Shown here one piece after another: positions 1-11,916 of a DNA stretch of 64,000 nucleotides; position 1 is the stretch's first letter; every line of letters starts with the position of its first letter. The position numbers and the translations under genes are program-made. Below the pieces are notes generated by a model that was not told the origin of the DNA, searched no databases, and saw only the letters and a program-made list of their open reading frames with translations. This stretch comes from Oikopleura dioica. Lineage: Eukaryota; Animalia; Chordata. Location of the stretch: positions 4,340,001 through 4,404,000 of the forward strand of contig OU015569.1 in NCBI GenBank assembly GCA_907165135.1. Reading direction: 5' to 3'.

Positions 1-1587
1 TTTTCCAAAAGTCCACAATTTTACTTGTGAGAACAGAAAAACTCTTTCCTGAGGCTTTTGCTGATAATAGTGTTTGAAGCAAAGCGTTTATTAACGTACA
101 CGCGTTCACGCGACCTCTGCAGCCAGAGTCTCATTTTGACCGCGACGCTGATTGAAATCTGGTTCGCTGACACTCCTTTTCCATACGGGACTTTTCCAAA
201 GCATTTCGCTAGCAGATAGCGTGCACAGGGCTTCTGTTTGTATCTGAGTGCATAGTTCCATGCTTTTGCGTCGCTCCAATCGGGAGCGAACAGACAGCTG
301 ATATTGTTGGCGACGAAGATTTTTATAATGTGGAGATTTCCACGCTGCGCAGCGACATGTATCGAAGCTTTTCCACATTCGATGTGATCGCTGGGGTTCT
401 TGCACCATTCCCGTGCCGGATGGAGCCCAATACTTTCTCCTGGATTCACCGCCGTCGACGACTTTTTGGACGTCAACTGTTCGGCCATGTCGGACAGCCC
501 CAAATGTGCAGCGATATACAAGCCGACTTTTGCCTGGTACTTGGCGAGCTTTTCGATTTTGGAGAGTGAGAACAGGAACCGTTTCACTTGACCGTTCAGG
601 GCGTAGTTGAGCAAATTTTTCCACCCATCCCAAATGTCAAGTCGCAGAGTACACCCGCGTTGAAGTTCATAATAACTATAAATGTCCAGCTTGAACAGAT
701 GCTCCGGAAGCCTTACCGAGTGAACGGGAAGTTGTCAAAGAGTTCGATTCCGCTTCCAGTGACTAGCCGGAAAATAGAAACTGGGAGACCAGTTTCCCGG
801 GAAACTTGCATGTGGTTAAATCACAATTCATTCCATTTGAAATAAATAATAATATAACCCTAACTATTGACCTTAGTTCACCAACAGTTGAGACTTGAAA
901 GTCAAGCTCATCAAAAAGCTGGTAAACTTGCTCGTTGAAAGCAGAGTACACGTAAAGGACGACACGGCGTTCTTCACGATCAAATGCTCGTAGTACTAAA
1001 TAAATTGTCGAGTTGGAGTGGTGACCTTGAGTTACTCGGAATTATACGAATGCCTTCTGCTACTATGTCTGCCCGCTAGCACAGATTATGTTCAAAGCTT
1101 ACCTTCGCCAGAGCCGATTCCTAGAGAGCTCAGTGTCCATTTGTCCTTGAGATTGCAACCATCAAATAATATGTCTTGTTTAGGATGATTACTTCATTAA
1201 TTGACCCCGATAGAGCGTAACTATATTAAATATAGTATATATAATAAAGCTCATCTCTCATTTTGGAGCGATCATTGAATATACAGGCTCTACTGTGCCC
1301 TCTGTTAATTCTCTGGCCGTTTAAACTTTAAGCACCCTTTTAGAGGAATTCTTCCATCCTTATCAAGCCGAAGATCGAATTTCTCCTTGAGTATTTCCTA
1401 GAAATCGATTTAACAATTAACCTCTTCATGAGAAACCTTTATTGCCCGAATTTTGGTTCTATCCTGAATCGTTAATGTCAACTACAACGCGGTGACATGA
1501 GCTCAAATCATTATTTCCGTCCTTATCAGTTTCATAAATGTTCGGTCTCCGCTCCTTGATATCTCTGTAGTGAATGAAAATTATCAT
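1..1587 (-). CDS. ANKUB1: Ankyrin repeat and ubiquitin domain-containing protein, multi-exon, 3' end runs off the left edge
   Basis: Spliced translation MIIFIHYRDIKERRPNIYETDK|LTLTIQDRTKIRAIK|EILKEKFDLRLDKDG..DILFDGCNLKDKWTLSSLGIG (Ubl) then KYQAKVGLYIAAHLG..GESIGLHPAREWC..KASIHVAAQRGNLHIIKIFV follows the recalled ANKUB1 sequence (KYQKRVALYIAAF..VGVHPYRAWC..KCPIHAAAEAGQL). Intron 1 (1482-1521) needs a GA donor. Confidence 0.85.
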
Positions 1588-1711
1588 GATTAGGCAGATT
1601 TATTTTCTTGAGCAGCTAAACTTCCTAATAAAGCCATAAGGCGAGCGGCTTACAATAGCGCTGTGATTTTACTTTCTTAAACAAAAACCACATCGACAAT
1701 ATGAGATTCTT

Positions 1712-2229
1712 ATGTTACTACGAGGTGTATTTACTATCACATCAAGAGCGCGATTTGTTATTTTTGGGCATTGCAGCGAAAATTAAGACAAATGACCCTA
1801 CCACTCAAAGAAAATCATTAACGTACCTTTATGGCCTGAACAGTAACGCGAATCGGTACGAGCAGTTCAAGTTTGCTTTTTTGTATCGGATGAAGATCTT
1901 CGTTCTTCCGCCCATGTCTCTTTGTTACTTCTTGTAGATGAGTAGGAACATTGGCTGAACGAGCGCTCGAGGGGTGTCTGAAATGCTCCTATTCAGCTGC
2001 AGATTTCTTTCAAACGTTACAAGCTCCCCAACAATGAGAAAAGCTTAAAAAGTGCAAATACAAGATCAAACAGCGATGGAATGAAGCTGGCCCGGACAAG
2101 TACTCACGACAGCGGCTACAGGCTCTTCTTTATTATTACTGTCAACTGCACAAATATTCGCAAAATAAAAGTCAACAAGAACAACGACAGTCCACATCAT
2201 CATCGCTCACATCTGGTACCGCCCGCTAA
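1712..2229 (+). CDS. Hypothetical ~120-aa protein, 4 exons
   Basis: All-canonical GT-AG model gives MLLRAKIKTNDPTTQRKSLTYLYG..YRMKIFEHWLNERSREKLKKCKYKIKQRWNEAGPDKYSRQRLQALLYYYCQLHKYS..GTAR*. Head-to-head with ANKUB1. No recognised family. Confidence 0.5.
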
Positions 2230-2519
2230 TATTACTCCTTTTCAAAAGAATTTTGGAGAATTTAGACGACCGTCAATTTCGAAAAATTGTTTATGCGAAC
2301 TTGAATTTTCTCGGATTTATTTTAATTTATCACTTTGGAAAGCAGGTTTATTTGCTCTTTATCTTCATTTCTTTTCTATCAGGAAGATTAGGGGATTTTG
2401 CTTATTCGTTCTAATCACCAGCTGACACTTGCTTCCGGTTCTGGCGGTTAAGAATCGTCTGCAGTTAGGAATACACTTGCTTGCTCGTTTATTAGAAACG
2501 AATACAATTGGTAATACAG

Positions 2520-2993
2520 TTAGAGCTCCCCGTGGACTATGCCCTCGTTCGTATCCTCTTCATCCATTTTATCTTGCTTCTCCTTGAATCACTTTGTTTT
2601 ATAATTCTTAACAAGCTGGCAAACCTTGTCAATAACCCACTGAGGCTTCTCGACTCCTAGAAGATCGTGCGACTTCGGGAACTTAGTATCGATATTCTTC
2701 AAATCGTCAACAACCAAATGCGGTTTTCCCGTTTTTTGATCTTCAATTGTAAACTGTAGATAAATATTGTACAATCAGAACAAATTTGTTATCTTCATTG
2801 TTTTACAAAAAAATCACTTCCTTTCTCAGAAGGACACAGAACTTTGCAAAAGAAAGTTACTTTTGAAAGTTATTTTCTCAAATGAAAAACGAGTACCTAT
2901 GATTGGGTCTTCATAATCAGGATTGTAGTCATAATCGCAGTCCTCGCAGAATTCCCCAAATGTAAATGGCAATAAAAGATAAAAATATTTCAT
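2520..2993 (-). CDS. Small ER-luminal orphan protein (signal peptide, C-terminal HGEL), 4 exons
   Basis: MKYFYLLLPFTFG-EFCEDCDYDYNPDYEDPII|VTFFCKVLCPSEKGSDFF|FTIEDQKTGKPHLVVDDLKN..WVIDK|EKQDKMDEEDTNEGIVHGEL*, all GT-AG introns in matching phase. Confidence 0.7.
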
Positions 2994-3096
2994 GTTTGAA
3001 AACGCTCTTTGCAGTTGTAGTAAAACAAGAATGAAGCACCGAGATGCGCGCCGGCAATAACTCCTTTTTAAAAAATAAACTTTGACTTTTAAAAAC

Positions 3097-5084
3097 ATGA
3101 AAAATAAAAAAGCCGTTCTTTTTTTACTACATTTATCAGTCGTCCAGGCGGAGAGCAAGCACTGGAATAGAGACGGAGTAGACAAGATCACTTTTTTAGA
3201 AAGCGAGCTAGAGCTGCGCAACTTTTTGGCGAGGTCAGACAAAGCGCTCGTTTCTTTCTGCGCGCCTTGGTCAAAAATATGCAAGGAATTCTACCAGCAA
3301 ATGAAGCTGAGTGCAGAACTGGTATTTTACGACCGCCCAAGGTAAGTCTGGCGGTTGTTCATAAGTGATTCAATTTTAATCTAGAGTGAACTTAGCACTT
3401 GTAAACTGCGCCAAAGAAGAGACTGACGATTTATGCGGCAATGAAGGAGTCGAAGAGTACCCTCATCTGAAGTATTACGAAGAAAGCGAATTCAAAATAG
3501 AGCCAAAGGTTCGGACAGAAGAGCAAATCACAAAATTCGTGAGGGCAAAAAGTTTGGTCGCTTCAAAGCACATCCGGAGCAAGAGCGACTTTGATGAGCT
3601 GCTCAATCATCCACAGCCAGTTGTGGTTGGGTTCTTCGATTCTAAGCAAGGCACAGATCAATGCGGAAACGAAGAAGAAGACGATGACAATACTCACTTT
3701 ATGTACAAAGGTCAATATTTTAGGTTCTAAAAAGTATTTTGAGCTAGTAATCAGTATTCATAGTTATGGTTTAAAAAACACCTGACACATAGTTTTTGAA
3801 CCTCTTCAAGTTCAAAGTCGTCCAAGAATTGATCGAGAATTACCGATTTGCGCACATTACAGAGAGAGACGTAGCTAAAGAGCTTTTTGGCGAGAAAGTT
3901 TCCTGGGAAAGTGTGATTTTTCATCGCTCGGGTTGGGAAACAAGTCTTTTCGAAGAGCCCTTCGACATTTTCAACGAAGAATTGACTATCGGCAAGTTCC
4001 GCAAATGGCTCGAAGGAGAGCACCCGAAAAACTTATGTCCGCACGTGACGTTGAAAAATTTCAAAGACGTCGAACCAAATCGGATTTTGGTTCTACACTC
4101 GGATGATCATGATAAAAGTCCGCACAAAATAAAGGAAGAGCTCAAATTTAAATAATCCTTGCATCTTTTTGTGTCTATTTTTGAGCTCGAGCAAGTATTG
4201 GCGAAATCGCCTCGTAAAATTTGCGAAAGAAAGAACAGACACATTTATGTATAACTATAATTTTTCGATGGGTTTGCGCCGTCATTTCCAGGTAATTTTC
4301 ATCCGCAGATATAAAGATAACATCGTTTTAATCTAGTCGCTCGTATTCAATGAACTCGGTGGAAATTCGGGCTGGGGAGAAGAGGCACCAAAAGTGGTGC
4401 TCTGGGACCGAAACTGGCAATCATTCATCATGGAGCGGCCACTGGACAGTGAGCTTCTCAATTTGAAGAAATTTCTCAAAAATTTCGAAGCTGGCAATTT
4501 GCGCCCGTATATTAAATCAGAGCTACCTCCGGCAGAAGCGGGAGCCGGCGATGTGAAAGTCGCCGTAGGAACGACATTTAAAAATATTGTTTTGGACGCG
4601 GAAAAGGTAGGAGCCTCTAAACGCTGGAAATAATCGATTTGAGGATGTTCTCGTCGCAATTATTGCCCAGGATTGCCAGTATTGTCAAGCCTTGGCGCCT
4701 ACTTTGAAACGTCTGGCAGCGTCTTTTGAGAAAGAAGACTCTGTCGATGTTGTGACCATTGATGGAAAATTCAATCACCCGCCGCGTGTTTACGAGTATA
4801 ATGGATTTCCGACGATTTACTTTGCGAGAAAATTCCAAAAGAATCAACCTATCCAATACAAAGGGCAACGAACTGAGGAAGCTCTCATGCAATTCATAAA
4901 AGAACATGCGTCTAGTAAAGCTCTTACGATCGATGGTGTTGCTGAAAAAGGTAAAAAGGCCAAAATATTTTCTGTTATTAGTTTCTTCGTATAAGAGTAC
5001 GATTATGACGAGATTGTCGCTGCTTCCGAAGAAGAAATCGATGAAATCATAGAAGGCAATAGCAATCAGCACGATGAGCTTTAA
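3097..5084 (+). CDS. Protein disulfide-isomerase family member (PDIA3/PDIA4-like a-b-b'-a'), ER-retained (HDEL)
   Basis: Signal peptide; ALVSFCAPWSKIC; NLRPYIKSELPP..VKVAVGTTFKNIVLDAEK|DVLVAIIAQDCQYC..GFPTIYF..YKGQR; last exon ends NSNQHDEL* (TAA 5082-5084). Confidence 0.9.
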
Positions 5085-5104
5085 TTTTTTGTCCACAAAT
5101 ACTC

Positions 5105-5395
5105 TTAATAACTCAATAAATAAGAATATATACTTGTGCGAGGTGTCAGCATGTCCAGGATTTCTGGAACTAGAAAGTTCAAGCGGCGGACTTCCATAAA
5201 TCCAGTCAGTGCATTTAAGAAAAGAAAAACTTAACTTTTCGAGGTTTTCAAGGTACGCGTTACGAAACGAGTTTCGTGAGCGCGCGTCGTGCGTTTGAAA
5301 TGAAATGCCCGTGGGCGGAGCTGGTTTAGATTCCATGACTCCTCCACCATTGCACCAATACATAGCGCGCCCAAGATTTTCATAAAAACTAGCAT
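5105..5395 (-). CDS. Possible small secreted basic peptide, 2 exons
   Basis: MLVFMKILGALCIGAMVEESWNLNQLRPRAFHFKRTTRAHETRFVTRTLKTSK|IRRLNFLVPEILDML..* using a 45-nt GT-AG intron. No homology recognised; the region could instead be promoter (GGGCGG and CCAAT boxes present). Confidence 0.3.
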
Positions 5396-5490
5396 AACAC
5401 TCACTGTAGTTGTTCGGCTGCGTAGAGAATTGACCCACCGAAGAATCACGAAGATCCGAAATACATGGCTGGGAGGAACTTGTCGCCGGC

Positions 5491-7904
5491 ATGAGTCCAA
5501 ACTTGGGACTGGTCCCGTTCCTGCTCCTACATCACATTCAAAGGCGGGATTCAAAGCCTAATTTTATCATTTTTTATCCTTTTCGTCATCCCTCAAAAAG
5601 TTGCCAAAAGCGTGCGGCAGATGAAGACGTAGTACAACTAAAACCATCCGACTGTGTAAATAATACTGAATGGCTGGAACAAAACCGAACTTGTGGATGT
5701 CTCTGGGGCTGGACGGGCACCAAATGCGATGTTTGGGGTAAGCTGGCTTTGTGGTTTCGACTAATTATTAGCGGAGCTCGATGCGTACAAGTTTTTTTCC
5801 GTTTCAGTCGAGTTAGAGGCTGTTTTCAATTACGCCTTGAAAGAATATGTGTAAATATTCTTATCGCGAGCAGTTTATTTCCATCATCTGTCAATTAAAT
5901 TATCGGACTATTAGACAATGCCTATTTAGAGCAAGACGAGTGCTACTACGCTGAAATGGGAAATGATGTCTACGAAGGGAAACTGAGCAGAACAAGCGAT
6001 GGTTCCGAGTGCGAGGGCTGGACTGCTGATGATGTGAAGGACAGGCTTGTAAACTCGCATGATATCCCCTTCGCATCTGACAAATGGTCTAACGGCCACT
6101 TGGGCGACCACAACTACTGCAGGTGAGACTATTTCTTATTTGATATGTTGGAAAGTAAGATAAGAAGTACAGTCAATAGAATTTGTATTTTTAGAAATCC
6201 CGATAGCGATCCAGCTGGCTTTTGGTGCTACACAAGAGATAGTACAGAAGGACTCAAAGCCGAGTATTGTGCAAGTAATGCCCACATTTTTTATTGAACT
6301 AAATGTTATAAAACTGAAGCTCAAAAGAAACGAAAATAACTCTTTCTTAGTCCTCTCCTGCAAACTTGAGGGACGGAGCTTTTTCGTTATCAACTCCACG
6401 TCGAGCAGTAGAGAATCGTCTGCAGCGATTGACATTATTTTCGGCCCCGTTCTCCCAGGCGTTTGCGGAGGAGTTGTCGCACTCATGACAATCGTCGGCT
6501 TTGGCGAGTTTCTTCGAAGACGCAGAATCTTTCAAAAGCTGCGTAGACGGTAAGCTACTATTGTTATAGAAAGAGATACCAAGGCCACATGGCAGTGGCT
6601 TTCACAAGAACCTGTAGAGATTCCTGCGGTGGTGATTATGAGCCAGTTTATTTTTCTTGTGCATTTCGGGGCTTTTCTTTGTTGAATAGTTAATCACACG
6701 AATGATCGTTCCTCAGTTTTTCCTTCTTACAGAGCGAGAAGAAACTTAGAGAAATCGATAATTGGAAAAATGAAATCACTAAAAAGTGGCTTCAACAAAT
6801 TTATCAAGACATTAGGATTACGGGCACCCGATTCCGATGATAGTAAATCATCAGATGAGGAGAGTTTGTCTGATTCCTCCAGGTTAGCCTTCAGGAATGA
6901 GTTGAGAATAGTGTCGGCGAAAGGGCAATTATTCAAATTTTCAGCTTGGATCCTGAATCAGGTGCGCCAAGACGACTCGGTGGTGTTGTCACAGTAGACG
7001 TCGACACTGGTCTTCAGCCTGAAGCTGGCAACATGCAACTCGTCGATGATCCCGAGGTAAATTTTTAACAGATCGCTCTTTAGCTGTAATAACACTTTTT
7101 AGTCTAAAGACGGATCTGAAGGTCAGGATCAAGAAACTGTCAATTTTGGGAAGTCGTCTTTATCCTTGCGCCCAGATTTGGGCGTTCTTCCGGAAGAAGA
7201 AGAAGAACAAGGAATGATTTCAAAATATTCTAGTTATATTCGAGAAAATATGCGAGAATTTCAATCAAATAAAATCAATAAAGAAAACAACTCCGAAGGA
7301 AAAGACAACGAGGATTCCCGACCGGAAGCGACAGAACCTCTTAACTCATCGTCAGAAAGTGACACAGATGAAGAATTAGGAACATCAGCCTCTGTTCAAG
7401 AAGAAAACGCGAATTCGAAGCTGGGCTGTCTGATCTTCGCCACAAACTAGCGCAAGAAGTAATTATCGAAGAAGATGATGAAGGTAATAGATTCTTTCCC
7501 ATTGTCAAATATGCATGTGATGTTTTTCCTTTCCCAGCGATAAGAATAGATTGGTTGCATTTCCTTTGATTGAATTAATAACTTAGAAGCAAACGAAGAA
7601 ATCCCACATCAAGAAGACGGAGACCAGAATTTCGGAATGATGAAATTCCGACGCAGTGGAAAATCAACAGACGCGAAATTGAGCGAGCTTGGTGAGTGAG
7701 AACTGATGAATGAACTGATTGAGAGAGTATTAGTCAAGAAAATAAAATTTAATTTCAGACCAAGGAAATTCCATCATCGATGGACCACCTGAGATGTCAC
7801 AGCAGTTAGCTCGATCAGAGTCAAAGTCGAACCAAGAAAAATTCGCACCAATGAATATTGGAGGCAACCGAACCTCCAGTAGGAATTCTTTCGTTCTCAA
7901 GTAA
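5491..7904 (+). CDS. Type I membrane protein: signal peptide, EGF-like, kringle, TM helix, long acidic cytoplasmic tail
   Basis: MSPNLGLVPFLLLHHIQS (GC-AG intron 1); CVNNTEWLEQNRTCGCLWGWTGTKC (EGF); CYYAEMGNDVYEGKLSRTSDGSECEGW..HNYCR|NPDSDPAGFWCYT..AEYC (kringle); GPVLPGVCGGVVALMTIVGFGEFLRRRR (TM plus stop-transfer). Cytoplasmic exons and the stop position are approximate. Confidence 0.8.
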
Positions 7905-8269
7905 GTGACGGAAACGATATTAAAAATGGAGGAATTACAGTAAAAGAAACAATACAGTGCCACCTCTATGCAATCACTCTATACACTGGAAACATCTTAA
8001 CACTGCCGTTCATTTTGGCTCCAAAATTGCCAAGTATTAATCGGCTACTTGTCCGTTCCGTGCTCGTGTTACTTCATGTAAAATTATTTCAGTGAATAAT
8101 GGACTTGAAAGGCGTTTCAATCACCTGGAAATTCGATTTTAATTATTAAATTAATTAAAAACAAGCCAGATTCATTGTTTTATAAATTTTTAATTTTCAA
8201 CTCATATTTTTTTCAAGTACCATCTCCAGATTTGAGACTCAATCAATTGCTTCAATCAAAGGCGAGGAT

Positions 8270-9711
8270 ATGGATAGCCTTATAGACAGTTTCCATCATA
8301 CAAAGGTTAGAGAAAATTTAGAAATTGAAGCGCAAAGAATAAACAAATGTTAATCACTAATTTATTATTAGGTTTCTGATCACGAAAGTGCAGAAATGCG
8401 GGCTCGAGATCGACCTCGACGAAAAGATCGTCCTTCTGCAGATCCAACAAGGAACCAGGACATACATAACTATCATAATCAAAATCGTGGCAACCTTCAT
8501 TTTTACCCCCCTCCACCACCACAGCAGCATAATATTAATTACCACGCAAAGAATGCTGACGGCTCCCCTCTTTCATCCTCAATTGCTCAAGGAGAGAAAG
8601 AGCCGCTTATTCCAAAATCGCGAGAGTTTGAATGCTCACCCGATCGAGAGCGATTTTATGGTCGTTTTCCCCAGGAAAGTATCAAAAAAAAAAAAAAAAC
8701 GTCGAATTATAAATTTGATATCGTTTCTGAGTACCGCGATAAAATCAAGCCGAGCCAACAAAAGACAATTCAGCTTCCAAAGATAAATCCCTGTGACTCC
8801 AAATTAGATGACGACGTCTACAATCGCCGCCGTATGCCCATCATTCAGCGTCCAGCGCTGAAGCCCATTCCCAGAAGTATACTAGAAAAATATGCGAACA
8901 CGCAGCTGCCTGCAATGAGTCATCCGACATCAGAAAGGCTGTACCAAGAGAGCATTGGGAAATACCATATGTACGATGAATTTCCAGTAGAAAAAAGGAG
9001 ACCAAGGCGAAAAGTCCCATCAATCAATTTTTCCGACATCGAAGAGCAGATTCGTAGCGTTGATGTCGAAGAGTCTCCGAAACAGAAAAACCGAAAAGAC
9101 GAGGTACAGGCGTGTAAGCTTGAAAGATCAATGGAATACAACAAGTATCGGAAACCGCGCTCACATCGTGATGAGCACTACGTACATAAACATCGTAAAC
9201 ATCGTGCGCGATCAAACTCGCGAAAATCAAGGAAGAAAAAGTCAAAGAAGAAGAGTCGGTCTCCGACTAGGTATATTTCGTCGATTTCGTTGCTTGCGTG
9301 TTTTCTCGTTGATTTTTATGAAAACGCTACTTTTTGTTATGTAAAATAGTCCCGTGTGTATGTCTTAAAAGTGAACACGTTGAACAAGAAGGGGATCGTA
9401 GGGAATCGCGAAAGCGACGCGAAGATAGGGACCGTGACTCCAAAGCTGACCCTGACGAGGAGGAACGACGCCGAGAAGAACGTCGAAAACGACGTGAAAA
9501 AGAAAAACGAAGGCGCGAAAGAAGAGAAGATGAACGAGAGGTAAAAAGGGCATAAAAAGCTATAATAAAAATCACTTCTCAGGGGGAGCATCGCAGACGA
9601 GACGGCCGGCAGCCTCGCGAAAGAAGAGGGGACCGTGAAAACGGAGCCCGTACGGAGCGAACAAATGGAGGCGACAGCTCTAACAGGCGACGCCGCAAAA
9701 AGCGCGAGTGA
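8270..9711 (+). CDS. Low-complexity Arg/Glu/Lys/Ser-rich (RS/RE-like) nuclear protein
   Basis: Long exon 8396-9270 with KHRKHRARSNSRKSRKKKSKKKSRSPTR, followed by exons encoding RRESRKRREDRDRD..ERRREERRKRREKEKRRRERR and RRRRKKRE*. Confidence 0.7.
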
Positions 9712-10030
9712 TTCGTTCCGGCACATACTACCTAACCTCATAAACATTCTTTCCGTCTTGAAGATCAACTGTACTCCTCTTGACCCTACTCACCGCTATT
9801 TGCCTCATTTCTTCAATCATTGCTCTTTATACCTTTAAATATACTAAAAACCTTAACACGCAACAAATAAAAGTAGCTCGAAATTGTGGCAAGCAAATAA
9901 CGGAGCACGCAGATTACATGGAAAACGTGTATTTTATCAATCGTTACATTGAAAATGGGCAGAAACTCATCCGGATCCTAATCCATAAAGTCTACAGGTG
10001 AAAAGCTTTTGGTTGGCGCGTTGGGGATGA

Positions 10031-10429
<399 letters not shown>

Positions 10430-10441
10430 TCAATCCAGCTC

Positions 10442-11843
10442 TCAACTCTTCGCGTTGTAATAATCAGAAACAATGCCTTGTAGATCGCGCGAAGAGAGTG
10501 TGACGTTTTCCGTTTTGTCTTTGCTCTTTCCACTTAGTTTAAAGATGTTCTTGAAGCTGTTGTCGTTTCGATATGATTCTTGGCCGACTGCTTCAAATTT
10601 TTTGAAGCTTTGGACAACTGAAATTATTCATTAGGATTGGCGCGGCATGGATGAATACCGTGGTCATATTCGTCCCCTATCGCGTCCGCTTTTTCAGTCC
10701 ATATCTTTATCCATTCGTGTAAATTGTTAATTTGTCTTTTTCTAAATGCGATTTCCGCTTCTTCATTTGGCGACTAGGGTAAAGAATTAGTCTTTTTTAA
10801 CTCTCGCGGAGAATTTTTACCAGTTGATTTATAATTTTCCAATGATGCTCGATGTCTTCCTCTGCTTTTTCAATCGCTGCGCTTCTATTCTGATACTCGT
10901 CGACCATTTGGGCGTCGTGTTCAGGAGCTTCGAAACCAGACGACAAAGGCGCATCTGCAAACGCCCGGGAAAGAAGATGCTCTCCGTTTCCTTCAATAAA
11001 ATGAAAAGCGAGTCTTCATGCTTGATTTTTACCTTTTTCGTCAATTTTCATTCGCGCTCTGAATTTTTCCTGAACCTTCGTCATACTCATTAGATCATTG
11101 TAGTAATCGTAGTTTCCGCTATCAAAGAGTTCTTGAAATCAATTTGAGCAAGGCTAAATGGATTGAGTTTTACCAGGGAATTGGAACTGCTCGCCAGCAG
11201 GAAGATAGCAGTGGGCGATACAGTAGCCAGACGATTCTCGTAGAGTAGTTGGAGTAGTGTGCAGGTGATCTCTCCAGCCATACCCTTCGTTTCGCTGATT
11301 TGAGAAGTAGTTTGGCGAGTTTCCATCATGGAGGAAGAACTTGTCGCTGTAATTTTGATACTTTTCGTTTTCTGGATCATCGATGTTCATGTGTTGATAT
11401 GGCTCGGGCAGAACGGCCTCGAGCTCGATTTCAGCCATCTTGACGTCGTAGAGCTTATTCAAGTAGTCCCAAAGCTCGTACTTGGTCATTTGTCGAGGAA
11501 TGTGGAATCGCACGTAGTTGGAGGGCATAAGCTCTTCGTGTCGAACCAGACTGATGCTGAACTCGCAGAGGTCTTCGTAGCGCTGCTTTTTGTACTCGTC
11601 GTCGAAGAGATATTTTCTTCGGCGAGCGTTGCGCCAGAGCTTTGACTTGCGTCCACCGAATCGACGCCAGCTTGTTTTGTCGACAAGAGCAGCTGATGGC
11701 ACTCGGGGGTCAGGAAACATTTGGAAGTTTGGATGCCGCCCTACAGATTCATTCGTCGCCCAGCAAACGCGCGAGTGGTAGATTCCATGATACGATTTGG
11801 AACGCGTTATTTGAACGATAACACTCGTTCCCGTCCGGAGCAT
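10442..11843 (-). CDS. MRPL23: Mitochondrial ribosomal protein L23 (uL23m) with insertions and a long C-terminal extension
   Basis: NYVRFHIPRQMTKYELWDYLNKLYDVKMAEI and YCIAHCYLPAGEQFQFP|ELFD match uL23m motifs; four further in-phase GT-AG exons continue to DYYNAKS* (TGA 10442-10444). Confidence 0.8.
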
Positions 11844-11916
11844 TGTCTGAATGAATGATAATTGAGCTGGGAGCTGACTGAATGGCTAGAATGCAATTGG
11901 AACAATAAATAATAAC

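Noticed and set aside
2200-2240. GVILAGG nucleotidyltransferase-like motif on the minus strand
   Set aside because: Bracketed by in-frame stops and antisense to a better plus-strand model.
4617-5492. 291-aa minus-strand ORF whose ATG overlaps the kringle-gene ATG in a CATG palindrome
   Set aside because: Its 3' half is the antisense shadow of the PDI last exons; no coherent protein signal, so the overlap is most likely chance.
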